NCBI GenBank assembly: GCA_000990305.1
Contig: LBPR01000002.1
Location: 8,688 to 72,687, forward strand
Reading direction: 5' to 3'
DNA length: 64,000 nucleotides
Source: Candidatus Roizmanbacteria bacterium GW2011_GWC2_34_23
Lineage (GTDB): Bacteria; Patescibacteriota; Microgenomatia; UBA1406; GWC2-37-13
Below are positions 20,694 through 30,600 of this stretch, piece after piece. Every line of letters starts with the position of its first letter. Position 1 is the first letter of the stretch. The notes under the pieces are model-generated. The model made no database searches. It was given only the letters and a program-made list of their open reading frames with translations, and was not told the origin of the DNA. The translations under genes and the position numbers were made by a program.

Positions 20694-20924
20694 TTATAAC
20701 TTCTCTATCACAACAAAGTGCTTATCCTTTGAAATTGGTTTCGTTTCTTCAATTTTGACTAAATCACCCAACTGTAAATTTAACTTTTCGTTATGAGCTT
20801 TAAATTTTTTGTGTCTGATAATGACTTTGTGATAAACTGCGTGTCGAAACTTTCTTTCAACTAAAACTACGACTGTTTTTGTCATTTTTATCGAAACTAC
20901 TTTTCCAATCAATATTTTTTTCAT
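20694..20924 (-). CDS. rpsQ: 30S ribosomal protein S17
   Basis: GKVVS.KMTKTVVV, ETKPISK; start reassigned. Confidence 0.96.
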   Translation of the reverse strand: MKKILIGKVVSIKMTKTVVVLVERKFRHAVYHKVIIRHKKFKAHNEKLNLQLGDLVKIEETKPISKDKHFVVIEKL

Positions 20925-20928
20925 ATAA

Positions 20929-21129
20929 TTATTTTGTATCCTTTTTTTCGCCAAGAACCGTTAATAAAACTGCTAACTGCTTTCTTTTTTTTGCCAAACT
21001 ATTAGTATCCTTTGGAGGGTTACTTTTAAAAGACAACTGCATTTTAGCAATTTCTTCTCTCATCTTAATAAGCTCTTTTTCAAGTTCTTTAACGTTCTTT
21101 TCACTATATAACTTAGTATTTTTTCTCAT
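20929..21129 (-). CDS. rpmC: 50S ribosomal protein L29
   Basis: Position between rplP and rpsQ; helical 66 aa ending LAVLLTV. Confidence 0.88.
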   Translation of the reverse strand: MRKNTKLYSEKNVKELEKELIKMREEIAKMQLSFKSNPPKDTNSLAKKRKQLAVLLTVLGEKKDTK

Positions 21130-21536
21130 ATTTCTTTGGATACAATTTTTGTTTTTACCGATATTTTGGATGCAACATCAGTTAACACTTTAATCGATTC
21201 TTCTTTTGATAATCCATCAATTTCAAATAAAATTCTTCCCGGTGTGACACTGGCTACAAAATATGCCACGTCCCCTTTTCCTGAACCCATCGTTACCTCT
21301 GGCGGCTTTTTGGTAAATGGTTTATCCGGAAATATCCTAAACCAATATTTGCCGCTTTTTCTTGTACCGCGGGCAAAAATAACTCGAGCCGATTCAATTT
21401 CCCGGTCTTTTATCCAAGCGCTTTTCATTGCCTTTAGGCCATAAAAACCAAAGTTTAATTTATCACCCTTAACGGCAATTTTCCTGAATGTACCTCTAAA
21501 TTGTTTTCGATATTTTTGTCTTTTTGGCGCTAACAT
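21126..21536 (-). CDS. rplP: 50S ribosomal protein L16
   Basis: MLAPKRQKYRK, IFPDKP..MGSGKG. Confidence 0.97.
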   Translation of the reverse strand: MLAPKRQKYRKQFRGTFRKIAVKGDKLNFGFYGLKAMKSAWIKDREIESARVIFARGTRKSGKYWFRIFPDKPFTKKPPEVTMGSGKGDVAYFVASVTPGRILFEIDGLSKEESIKVLTDVASKISVKTKIVSKEI

Positions 21537-21538
21537 AA

Positions 21539-22180
21539 TTATTTTTTACATATCCATACCTTAACTCCCACATATCCTGATCTTGTTAATGCTGGATATC
21601 TCGCTAAATCAACATCTTCTCTAATTGTTGATGTTGGAACTGATCCTAAGAAATATTTCTCGCGTCTTGATATTTCGGCTCCACCGACTCTTCCACCTAG
21701 TTGGATTTTGACTCCTTTAGCTCCGGCTTCCATCACTTTATTCATAGCATTGTGAACTGTAGAACGATGTGGAAAATTTTTTACTAATTTTTCCGCAACT
21801 AGTTGAGCTACATAATAAGAATTTAAAAATGGTTGTTTTACCGGTTCGATTTTAATATCAATCTTTAATTCCTTGACTTTTTCACCTTTTTTTAAATTAT
21901 CAAGGACAAACTGTTTTATTTCTTCCAACCCTTTTCCACCCCGACCAATTATCATACCAACCTTAACGGCATAAATTATCAAAGTAATCCTATTGATTGC
22001 TCTTTCAATATCTATTTGAGTTACCGAAGAAAAAGCTAACTTATTCATTAAAACTTTTCTTATTTTCAAATCTGATATCAAAGAATCCTTGAAGGCTCTT
22101 TTGTTTGAAAAGAACCATCTTGAATTCCAATTGTATATTATCCCAAGACGTAACCCTCTTGGATGAACTTTTTGTCCCAT
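21539..22180 (-). CDS. rpsC: 30S ribosomal protein S3
   Basis: MGQKVHP.GLRLG, GRVGGAEI. Confidence 0.97.
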   Translation of the reverse strand: MGQKVHPRGLRLGIIYNWNSRWFFSNKRAFKDSLISDLKIRKVLMNKLAFSSVTQIDIERAINRITLIIYAVKVGMIIGRGGKGLEEIKQFVLDNLKKGEKVKELKIDIKIEPVKQPFLNSYYVAQLVAEKLVKNFPHRSTVHNAMNKVMEAGAKGVKIQLGGRVGGAEISRREKYFLGSVPTSTIREDVDLARYPALTRSGYVGVKVWICKK

Positions 22181-22207
22181 ATATCAATAAATTTTAAATA
22201 CTAAATT

Positions 22208-22615
22208 TTAAACTTTTTTTGTCTTTTGTTTAGAATTTTGAATTTGAGATTTGTTTGTAATTTGGTGCTTAGAATTTAGAGTTTTTGATGACTCAAGGAT
22301 TATCTTAACATGGCTCATTCTTCTATTGATTGGCTTAGCATTTCCTCTAGAACCCGGTCTATAGCGCTTTAATTTTTGCCCTTGTTCAACGCTGAGAAGT
22401 TTAAATTTTAGCAGATTATCTTCTACTTTCAATGTCTGTCTAGCGCTACTAATTGCTGACTTAATGGCTTTGTATAAAATCTCTGACGCATCGGTATTTT
22501 CGTACATTAAAAATTCCAGGCTTTCAGCCGGTTTCAATTTTTTAATAGCGGGCAAATAAAAACGCGCTTTCTTCGGTGAAACTGGCAAATTGACAAAATA
22601 CGCTTTTGTTTCCAT
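22208..22615 (-). CDS. rplV: 50S ribosomal protein L22 with repeat-derived C-terminal tail
   Basis: SPKKAR, KRYRPGSRG..SHVKI, then LNSKHQITNKSQIQNSKQ. Confidence 0.95.
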   Translation of the reverse strand: METKAYFVNLPVSPKKARFYLPAIKKLKPAESLEFLMYENTDASEILYKAIKSAISSARQTLKVEDNLLKFKLLSVEQGQKLKRYRPGSRGNAKPINRRMSHVKIILESSKTLNSKHQITNKSQIQNSKQKTKKV

Positions 22616-22617
22616 AA

Positions 22618-23394
22618 TTATTTCCTACGTCTTTTTATAACTAATGATTTACTCCATTTATTTTTATTTCTAGTCCTCGTTCCGCGGGCGGACTTCCCCC
22701 AGGGAGTCTTTGGATGCATTCCTTCTCCTGATCTTCCTTCTCCACCACCATGTGGATGACTTCGTGGGTTTTGGGCCGTTCCTCGTACAGTTGGTCTCAC
22801 TCCCATTAATCTTTTTCTTCCGGCACTCCCAATTATTTCATCTTTAAATTCTATGTTTCCCAGTTGACCAACCGTTGCCCAGCAATCCTTAAAAAATCTC
22901 TGGACTGCGCCTGATGGCAGTTTAAGATGAATATACTTATCTTCTTTAGCGATGACTGATGCGGCCGTTCCGGCGCTTCTTATGATCTGTCCGCCTTTTC
23001 CAATATACAGCTCAACATTATGAATCAAAGTTCCTATTGGAATATTCTTTAGCATTAGGGCGTTTCCTATTCTAATTTCCGCATTTTCACTGGCAATGAT
23101 TTTATCCCCTACTTCAAGTTTATTAGGACAAAGAATATATCTTAATTCATTGTCTTTATATTTAACCAGAGCAATAAAAACATTTCTGTTTGGGTCCCTC
23201 TCAATTCTTATTACTTCCGCCTCAATATCTCGTTTATCTCTTTTGAAATCAATCACACGATAAAATCTCTTCTGTCTTCCGCCTTGATGTCTGACTGAAA
23301 TTTGACCACTATTATCACGACCTGATCTTTTTTTCAAAATCTGCATCAAGCTTTTTATCGCCTTAACTTTTTTTGACAATATTCTTTTATTCAT
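22618..23394 (-). CDS. rplB: 50S ribosomal protein L2
   Basis: RHQGG, DPNR, HPHGGGEG. Confidence 0.97.
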   Translation of the reverse strand: MNKRILSKKVKAIKSLMQILKKRSGRDNSGQISVRHQGGRQKRFYRVIDFKRDKRDIEAEVIRIERDPNRNVFIALVKYKDNELRYILCPNKLEVGDKIIASENAEIRIGNALMLKNIPIGTLIHNVELYIGKGGQIIRSAGTAASVIAKEDKYIHLKLPSGAVQRFFKDCWATVGQLGNIEFKDEIIGSAGRKRLMGVRPTVRGTAQNPRSHPHGGGEGRSGEGMHPKTPWGKSARGTRTRNKNKWSKSLVIKRRRK

Positions 23395-23396
23395 AA

Positions 23397-23684
23397 TTAT
23401 TTCTGAGGAAATAAATTGATCTTACCTTCCTTTAATTTAATAAAAGCAATTTTTCTGTCAGCGGTTTTTTTCAATAATCCTTTTTTTCCAACTTTTTTTT
23501 CTTTGCCTTTTCTTATCATTACTTTTACTTCGCCGGTTTTTACTTTATAAAGTTTTTCTAAAGCTTGTTTTACTTGATGTTTATTAGCTTTTAAATCAAC
23601 TTCAAACATATAAACATTACTTTGAACTAAATTAGTTGCCTTTTCAGTTAGAATTGGTTTGATTAAAATTTTATTTAGTAACAT
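23397..23684 (-). CDS. rplW: 50S ribosomal protein L23
   Basis: PILTEKA, ANKHQVK. Confidence 0.95.
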   Translation of the reverse strand: MLLNKILIKPILTEKATNLVQSNVYMFEVDLKANKHQVKQALEKLYKVKTGEVKVMIRKGKEKKVGKKGLLKKTADRKIAFIKLKEGKINLFPQK

Positions 23685-24366
23685 TTTTTTGTTTATTCTT
23701 AAAAACTTCTAAAGCGTTTTCAACAAAAATTAAACTGCTACTTTTTAATACCATGTAGGTATTTAAAGAGTTGGCATCAACAAAAGTTATATTTGGTATA
23801 TTTCTCATCGCGAGTACTAAATTATTCGTTTCCATTTTTTTCAAAATCATAAGATTGTTTTTACCGAGTAACTTCAATTCTTTCAAAAAATTAACAACTG
23901 CTTTAGTTTTAGGTTTCATTGTCAAAGCTTTTTCATCTAAACCAAAAATTTTATTTTCTTTTAATTTTGATGATAAAACTCCGTATAAGGCTAATTTTCG
24001 TTCTTTTTTATTAAACTTTAAATTGTAATCTTTTTGTTTTGGACCGTGAGCAACTCCACCACCAACAAAAATTGGGGCTTTGATTGCGCCGTGTCGTGCT
24101 TTTCCAGTTCCTTTTTGACGGTATATTTTTCTTGTTGAACCAATTACTTCGCTTCGTGTTTTTACTTTAACGTTTCCTTGTCTTTGATTTACTAAATAGA
24201 CTCTAACCGCTTGAGCTAATAAGCCTGGTTTAACTTTGACGGCAAAAACTTCTTTTGGAAGTTCAACGGTTCTTTGTTCTTTTCCGTCAATATCATAGAT
24301 AGATAAAGATAGGTTTGCTTTTTTTGTTTCTGCGATTTTTGTTTCCGTTTTTTTTGTTGTAACCAT
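23671..24366 (-). CDS. rplD: 50S ribosomal protein L4
   Basis: KTRSEV, RQKGTGKARHG, GGGVAHGP. Confidence 0.97.
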   Translation of the reverse strand: MVTTKKTETKIAETKKANLSLSIYDIDGKEQRTVELPKEVFAVKVKPGLLAQAVRVYLVNQRQGNVKVKTRSEVIGSTRKIYRQKGTGKARHGAIKAPIFVGGGVAHGPKQKDYNLKFNKKERKLALYGVLSSKLKENKIFGLDEKALTMKPKTKAVVNFLKELKLLGKNNLMILKKMETNNLVLAMRNIPNITFVDANSLNTYMVLKSSSLIFVENALEVFKNKQKNVTK

Positions 24367-24374
24367 ATTTTTTG

Positions 24375-24402
24375 GTACGGGTTTGATTAATCAAACCCCT
24401 AC
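24375..24402 (-). repeat. 28-bp REP-like palindrome, family B
   Basis: GTAG-GGGTTTGATTAATCAAACCC-GTAC on minus strand between rplC and rplD. Confidence 0.85.
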
Positions 24403-24403
24403 A

Positions 24404-25096
24404 TTAACTTCTTACTTCTAACAACCCACCTTTAGCGCCAGCGACCAACCCTTTAATTAATATTCCATTTTCTTTTACTTCAATAACTTCAATATTTTTG
24501 ATTGTTACGCGGTCGTTACCCATTCTACCGGCCATTCTTTTTCCTTTAAAAACTCTTCCCGGGGTGGTTGTCATTCCAATTGATCCGGGAGCTCTTTCAT
24601 CTCGGGAGGCTCCGTGAGTGTGTGATCTTCCTTTAAATCCGTGACGTTTGACTCCTCCTTGAAATCCTTTCCCCTTAGATGTACCCGAAACTGTTATTAA
24701 GTCACCGCTTTTGATTAAAAGAGTTGGATTAATGACATCTCCGGAAAAAATTTTGACTTCCCCAATTTGAATACCTTCTTTCTCACCTTCTTTAACTAGG
24801 AGAACTTTTTCTTTATTAGTTTCCTGCCTGCCGGCAGGCAGGTCCAACCTAAACTCCCTTAAAAAACGAAGCGGGGTCTTTATCCCCGCTTTTTCTAATT
24901 CTCCTTTTACAGGCTTTTTAATATTTTTAGTTTGTCCGTATCCGAGTTTAACGGAAAAATAACCCCGTTTGTCCGGGGTAATTATGTCTATAAGATGACA
25001 CGATGAAGTATCAATAAAAGTAGTAGGCATCCTTTCCCCATTTTTATCAAATTGCTGAGATGAAACCGATTTTTTCCCTAATAGAAATACTGGCAT
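24404..25096 (-). CDS. rplC: 50S ribosomal protein L3 (with LPAGRQ insert)
   Basis: SKGKGFQGGVKRHGF, RAPGSIG, GKRMAGRMG. Confidence 0.97.
   Translation of the reverse strand: MPVFLLGKKSVSSQQFDKNGERMPTTFIDTSSCHLIDIITPDKRGYFSVKLGYGQTKNIKKPVKGELEKAGIKTPLRFLREFRLDLPAGRQETNKEKVLLVKEGEKEGIQIGEVKIFSGDVINPTLLIKSGDLITVSGTSKGKGFQGGVKRHGFKGRSHTHGASRDERAPGSIGMTTTPGRVFKGKRMAGRMGNDRVTIKNIEVIEVKENGILIKGLVAGAKGGLLEVRS
24823..24842. repeat. CCTGCCTGCCGGCAGGCAGG palindrome, in frame in rplC
   Basis: Perfect 20-bp palindrome encoding LPAGRQ. Confidence 0.92.
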
Positions 25097-25110
25097 AATA
25101 TATATTGTCC

Positions 25111-25142
25111 AAAAAAAATCCTTCTTTCCCGAACAAAAGGAT
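25111..25142 (-). terminator. Terminator/attenuator-like hairpin plus U-tract upstream of rplC
   Basis: AUCCUUUU..AGAAGGAU followed by a U run on the mRNA. Confidence 0.5.
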
Positions 25143-25160
25143 AGTTAACATGTAAACAGC

Positions 25161-25189
25161 ATTATATAACAACGATTTAAAATGTTCAA
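25161..25189 (-). promoter_or_regulatory. Sigma70-type promoter between rpsJ and rplC
   Basis: TTGAAC-17 nt-TATAAT. Confidence 0.6.
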
Positions 25190-25203
25190 GCAGAATTTTT
25201 TAC

Positions 25204-25512
25204 TTACATTTTTACTTCAACCTCAACACCGGCAGGAAGTTCAAGATGCATTAGAGAGTCAATTGTTTGGTTGGTAGGATTCAAAATATCAATCATTCTT
25301 TTGTGAGTTTTTAAACCAAAATGCTCCCGAGCATCTTTATCAATGAACGACGATTTATTAACTACAAACATTTCGTTTTTTGTAGGTAATGGAATTGGGC
25401 CAACTACATTAGCACCAGTTCTGATTGTTGTATCAACTATTTTTTGACACGTTTCATCAATAAGACGATGGTCATACGACTTAAGCCTAATTCTAATTCT
25501 TCCTTTCGGCAT
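25204..25512 (-). CDS. rpsJ: 30S ribosomal protein S10
   Basis: IRIRLKSYDH, GPIPLPT, LPAGV; start reassigned. Confidence 0.97.
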   Translation of the reverse strand: MPKGRIRIRLKSYDHRLIDETCQKIVDTTIRTGANVVGPIPLPTKNEMFVVNKSSFIDKDAREHFGLKTHKRMIDILNPTNQTIDSLMHLELPAGVEVEVKM

Positions 25513-25530
25513 ATTAAGGTGCAAAAAATT

Positions 25531-25558
25531 GTAGGGAACAAAGATTTTTGTTCCCTAC
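25531..25558. repeat. 28-bp REP-like palindrome, family A
   Basis: GTAGGGAACAAAGATTTTTGTTCCCTAC between tuf and rpsJ. Confidence 0.88.
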
Positions 25559-25575
25559 GTTAATTGTATTTACAA

Positions 25576-26760
25576 TTATTTAATAATCTTCGTTACAACT
25601 CCAGCTCCGACCGTGTGACCACCTTCTCGAACGGCAAACTTCAATCCTTCTTCCATAGCAACTGGATAGATTAATTTACCTTTAATTTTGACATTGTCCC
25701 CTGGCATAACCATTTCAACACCTGCTGGTAACTCAACCTCTCCGGTAATATCTGTGGTTTTGATGTAAAACTGAGGTCGATATCCTTTAAAGAATGGTGT
25801 GTGTCTTCCACCTTCATCTTTAGTCAAGATATAAATTTCTGCATCAAATTCTGTGTGAGGAGTAATTGATCCTGGTTTGGCAATTACTTGTCCACGAATT
25901 ACATCTTCTTTTTCTACTCCTCTAAGTAGCAAACCAACATTGTCTCCCGCTCGAGCTTCGTCAAGTGTTTTTTTGAACATTTCAACACCGGTAATAACCG
26001 TCTTTTTCGTTTCTTTAATTCCAATTATCTCCATCTCTTCATTTACTTTTGCAATTCCTCTTTCAACTCTTCCTGTGACGACTGTTCCTCGTCCGGATAT
26101 TGTAAAGACGTCTTCAACCGGCATCAAGAACGGTTTATCAGTGTCTCTAACTGGATCTGGTATATAATTATCAATTTGTGTCATTAAATCTTCAATTGAC
26201 TTAAGTCCAGCTGGATCGTCGGCTAATGCTTTAATTGCCGAACCACGAATAACTGGAACTTTATCACCAGGGAATCCATATTTAGTCAAAAGTTCTCTCA
26301 CTTCCATTTCAACTAAGTCTAAGATTTCCTTATCTTCAACCATATCAACTTTGTTTAAGAAAACAATTATGGCAGGAACATTTACCTGACGTGCAAGTAA
26401 AATATGTTCTCTTGTTTGAGGCATGGGCCCGTCTGGAGCAGAAACAACCAAGACAGCTCCATCCATCTGAGCGGCACCGGTAATCATGTTCTTAATATAA
26501 TCGGCATGTCCTGGGGCATCAATGTGCGCATAGTGCCTTTTGTCTGTCTCATATTCGCTGTGGTGAAGATTAATAGTGACTCCACGAGCTTTTTCTTCCG
26601 GAGCTTTATCAATCTCTTCATATTTCAAGAATTTTGCTTGTCCTTTTTTTGAAAGAACGTAATGAATTGCTGAAGTTAAAGTTGTCTTTCCATGATCAAC
26701 GTGACCAATCGTACCAATATTTAAATGAGGTTTGTTCCTCTTAAAAACGCCGTCTGCCAT
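25576..26760 (-). CDS. tuf: Elongation factor Tu
   Basis: [21 protein letters not shown]. Confidence 0.99.
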   Translation of the reverse strand: MADGVFKRNKPHLNIGTIGHVDHGKTTLTSAIHYVLSKKGQAKFLKYEEIDKAPEEKARGVTINLHHSEYETDKRHYAHIDAPGHADYIKNMITGAAQMDGAVLVVSAPDGPMPQTREHILLARQVNVPAIIVFLNKVDMVEDKEILDLVEMEVRELLTKYGFPGDKVPVIRGSAIKALADDPAGLKSIEDLMTQIDNYIPDPVRDTDKPFLMPVEDVFTISGRGTVVTGRVERGIAKVNEEMEIIGIKETKKTVITGVEMFKKTLDEARAGDNVGLLLRGVEKEDVIRGQVIAKPGSITPHTEFDAEIYILTKDEGGRHTPFFKGYRPQFYIKTTDITGEVELPAGVEMVMPGDNVKIKGKLIYPVAMEEGLKFAVREGGHTVGAGVVTKIIK

Positions 26761-26903
26761 ATATTTATATAAAATAAATTAATAATGTATTAGCTACTCT
26801 TACGCTGGTTTGATCCGCAAAGCGGACAAAGCAGCTTAGAGAAGTTTATACTTTAAACATCTAATAATAAAAAAACAAGAAGGCTTTTTAAGCTTTAGAA
26901 TTT

Positions 26904-26932
26904 ATGATACGGATCGAAGGTAAGAAAGTCAA
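26904..26932 (-). promoter_or_regulatory. Sigma70-type promoter for the tuf operon
   Basis: TTGACT-17 nt-TATCAT. Confidence 0.55.
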
Positions 26933-26987
26933 ATGTAATTATAAAGTTTGTCATTAATTTTGCATTGTAACATTTTTTCAGCGCCCC

Positions 26988-27016
26988 TTGACAAGAAGAA
27001 GAAGAAGAAGTAAAAT
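26988..27016 (+). promoter_or_regulatory. Sigma70-type promoter for the orphan ORF at 27028
   Basis: TTGACA-17 nt (GAA repeats)-TAAAAT. Confidence 0.65.
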
Positions 27017-27027
27017 AGGCCCATAAT

Positions 27028-27372
27028 ATGGAACTCGGTAAAGCGATAGAATTTGCTCAAGCTGTTTGGCCTATTGCAAAGGTTGTTGTGCCTGCACTTT
27101 TTGCTTTAGGTTGGGTATCTCCAGCTTTTCCTACGCGGAAACGTAAAGACGGTCGTGGACGTATAGATAATGAAGTCGTTGAAAAATCAACTAGTCTTTT
27201 TGGTAAAATAAATGCCGCAAAGGATTTGGGGCATAAACCAAAATTGTCAGATAAAATTAATTTAACAATATTCAATATTACTCGAGGAGCTTTCATTCAC
27301 AGAGCGATATTTCATTTACGCGTTGATAAAGAAATAGCAAGATTAAGAAGCGAAATCAGAAATTCAAAATAA
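27028..27372 (+). CDS. Hypothetical basic protein with N-terminal hydrophobic segment
   Basis: 114-aa ORF behind a near-consensus promoter. Confidence 0.55.
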   Translation: MELGKAIEFAQAVWPIAKVVVPALFALGWVSPAFPTRKRKDGRGRIDNEVVEKSTSLFGKINAAKDLGHKPKLSDKINLTIFNITRGAFIHRAIFHLRVDKEIARLRSEIRNSK

Positions 27373-27602
27373 ATCTTCAGGATTATTTTATCAACTTCAA
27401 CCCTCTCGCATTCAATTTTGTAATAACTTTTTTGCTTGTTCGTTTTTTGATTCAGTTGGTTACATTTTGTCACCAACTCATTTCTTCCATTTATTTGTAA
27501 ATCTATTATCTTATGAACGATCGTATATAAGATAATATTTTCAAACCGTAACAATTTGTAACGGTTTCATTTCCTTAAAAGTTTTTTGCTACAATGTTTG
27601 AC

Positions 27603-30600
27603 ATGAGTGACTACGTTTTAAATAAAGAACAACTACAGGCAGTGAAATATAACAAAGGTCCCCTTTTGATCATTGCTGGAGCTGGAACGGGGAAAACTTC
27701 TGTGATTGTTGAAAAAATAAAATACCTGGTTAAAAAGAAATTGGCCAAGCCGGAACAAATTCTAGCATTGACCTTCACTGAAAAAGCTGCTGCTGAAATG
27801 GAAGAAAGAGTCGACCGAGCTATGCCATATGGTTATTTTCAAATGAATATCTCGACCTTTCATGCTTTTGCAGATCAGATCTTAAAGGAAAACGGTTTTC
27901 AAATCGGACTATCTCCAAGTTTTCGCTTGATGACGGAAGCCGAAACAATTATTTTTCTAAAACAAAATCTCTTTCTTTTTAATCTAAAATACTTCCGACC
28001 ATTGGGCAATCCTAATAAATTCTTGGAGGCATTACTACAACATTTTTCTCGCCTACGAGACGAAGATATTTCGCCGAAAGAATATGTTGGCTACGCTCAA
28101 GATCAAAGATCAAAGATCAAAGATCAAAAAGAAGATGAAGTATTAATAGAAAAACAAAAATATTTAGAACTAGCAAATGCCTACCAAACCTACCAAAAAT
28201 TGAAAATTAAAGAAGGATTGATGGATTTTGCCGACCTTGTTTTTTATGTTCTACAACTTTTTCAAAAACGTCCAAATATTCTAAAACGCTACCAACATCA
28301 ATATCCTTTTGTTTTAGTTGACGAATTTCAAGATACTAATATTTCTCAATATCAATTAATGAAACTTCTTTCTCCCGTTAAAAAGAACCCCCGACTAACG
28401 GTTGTAGGTGATGACTCACAAGCCATCTATAAATTTCGTGGCGCTTCAGTTTCAAACATTATTAATTTCATGAAGGACTATAAAAAAGTCAAGCAGATAA
28501 CTTTGAAAAAAAATTATCGTTCCAATCAAACTATTCTTGACGTAGCTTACAAACTTATTAAAAATAACGACCCTGACACTTTGGAATTTAAACTTGGCAT
28601 TTCTAAAAACCTAATTGCTACCAAAAAATCCCTAGTCCCTAGTCCCTATTCCCTAACCCCTAGTTTCTATTTAGCCGATTCCGTTGAAGACGAATCTGAT
28701 AACGTTGCCAAACAAATCTTAAAATTATCAAAAACCTATAAATACTCCGACTTTGCTATTTTAGTCCGAGCTAATAATCACTCTGAACCTTTTGTTAAAT
28801 CTCTGGCCCGTGCCGGTATTCCATTTCAATTTTTAGGACCGGGGACACTTTACAAACAATCCGAAGTGAAGGATTTGATTGCTTACCTGAAAGTTCTTTA
28901 TAACTTAGAAGACTCCCCTTCTTTGTTTCGACTACTTTATATGGATATATATAGTATTGATAAAAGAGATATTTCCCTACTTCTATCTTTTTCTAAAAAA
29001 ATTAATCAACCATTTTTTCAATCTATCGAAATATATTTGTCAAACTTCAATGTATCAATACATCAAAATGAATTTGATATTTATAAACCATATTTACCAT
29101 TATTGAAATCTGGGACAAAACAAAAATTGTTAGTAATTTACAAAATGATTGTTAAACATTTGGGTCTTTTGAAAACAAATACGGCTGGACAGATTCTTTA
29201 TTATTTCTTGGAAGAATCCGGTTTATTATTGACATTAACAAATTTTAAAAACGAAACGCAAGAAAAAGTTGCCATAAATATTTCTAATTTTTTTAATAAA
29301 TTAAAAATGTTTGAGTCAGAACATGAGGATGCCTCTGTATTTGCAGTTGTTGATTTTATCAACATGAGTATTGAAATGGGAGAATCGCCAATTGTTGCCA
29401 AGACTGATATAGCGTCAATTAATGCTGTTAATATCCTGACTGTTCACTCAGCTAAGGGCTTGGAATTTCCGGTTGTTTTTTTGGTTAACTTAACCGAAGA
29501 GCGTTTTCCAACCCGTCATAAAAAAGAAACCATTAGTATTCCGGAGGATTTGATCAAGGAAATATTGCCAACTGGTGACTATCATATCGAGGAGGAACGG
29601 CGACTTTTTTACGTCGGACTGACTCGAGCCAAGGACAAAGTATTTTTATCATCTTCAAAATTTTACGGTGAGGGAAAACGACAAAGAAAAATTTCTCGGT
29701 TTGTTATCGAAACTTTGGGTGAAGAACTAATCAACAAAGAAACAAATTTGAAAAAAGAACAAAAATCCCAACTCTCAATCTTCGATTTTAAACAACCCAA
29801 AATAAAAAAAGGGTCGGAAAACCCGACCCCTACAGATCCGTACAGACGCCCAAATTGGGCGTCTCTACAATTATCAAACAATTTCTCTTATTCCCAACTT
29901 AACTCCTACAAAACCTGCCCTCTCCAATATAAATATCAATACGTTTTAAAAATTCCAACAACTTCAACTGCATCTGAATCTTTTGGAACAACGATTCATA
30001 AAACTCTTCAAGATTTCTATAGTAATTTTCTTAAAAATAAAAAGGTGGACAAAAAAAAACTATTAGAACTTTATAAAAAATCCTGGATTCCAATCGGATA
30101 TTCTTCAAAAGCTCATCAAGATCGAATGAAAAAAGAAGGAGAAAAAATATTGAAAAATTATTTTGATAAATTTCATAGTTCAGATTTAAAAATTATTGGC
30201 TTGGAAAAATTATTTAAAATAAAAATCACTGAAGATATATTTTTAACGGGAAAAATTGATCGAATTGATGAATTGAAAAATAAAGAAATTGAAATCATTG
30301 ATTATAAAACCGGAAAAAAACCAAATAATCGAGAATTGACAAAAAGCTTACAGCTAACTATCTACGTCTTAGCAAGTCATGATAAAAATCTCTTTAATAA
30401 AAAACTCGAAGATATAAATTTAACTTTTTATTATCTTCAAACGCCGGAAAAAATTACCATTAAAAAAAATGAGGAGGATTTAATTAAAACAAAAGAAAAT
30501 ATCGTTGAAATGGTAGAAGAGATTAGACAAAATATTTTTCCAGCTAACCCGGGCATCCACTGCGATTTTTGCCCTTATAAAATAATCTGTGAAGCCTGGC

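Noticed and set aside
9504-25558. 28-bp repeats as a CRISPR array or integron attC sites
   Set aside because: They are separated by whole ribosomal genes at irregular distances, with no cas or integrase gene and no attC core sites.
27312-27554. 80-aa minus-strand ORF
   Set aside because: Non-ATG start, overlaps ORF 27028 and runs through palindromic intergenic sequence.
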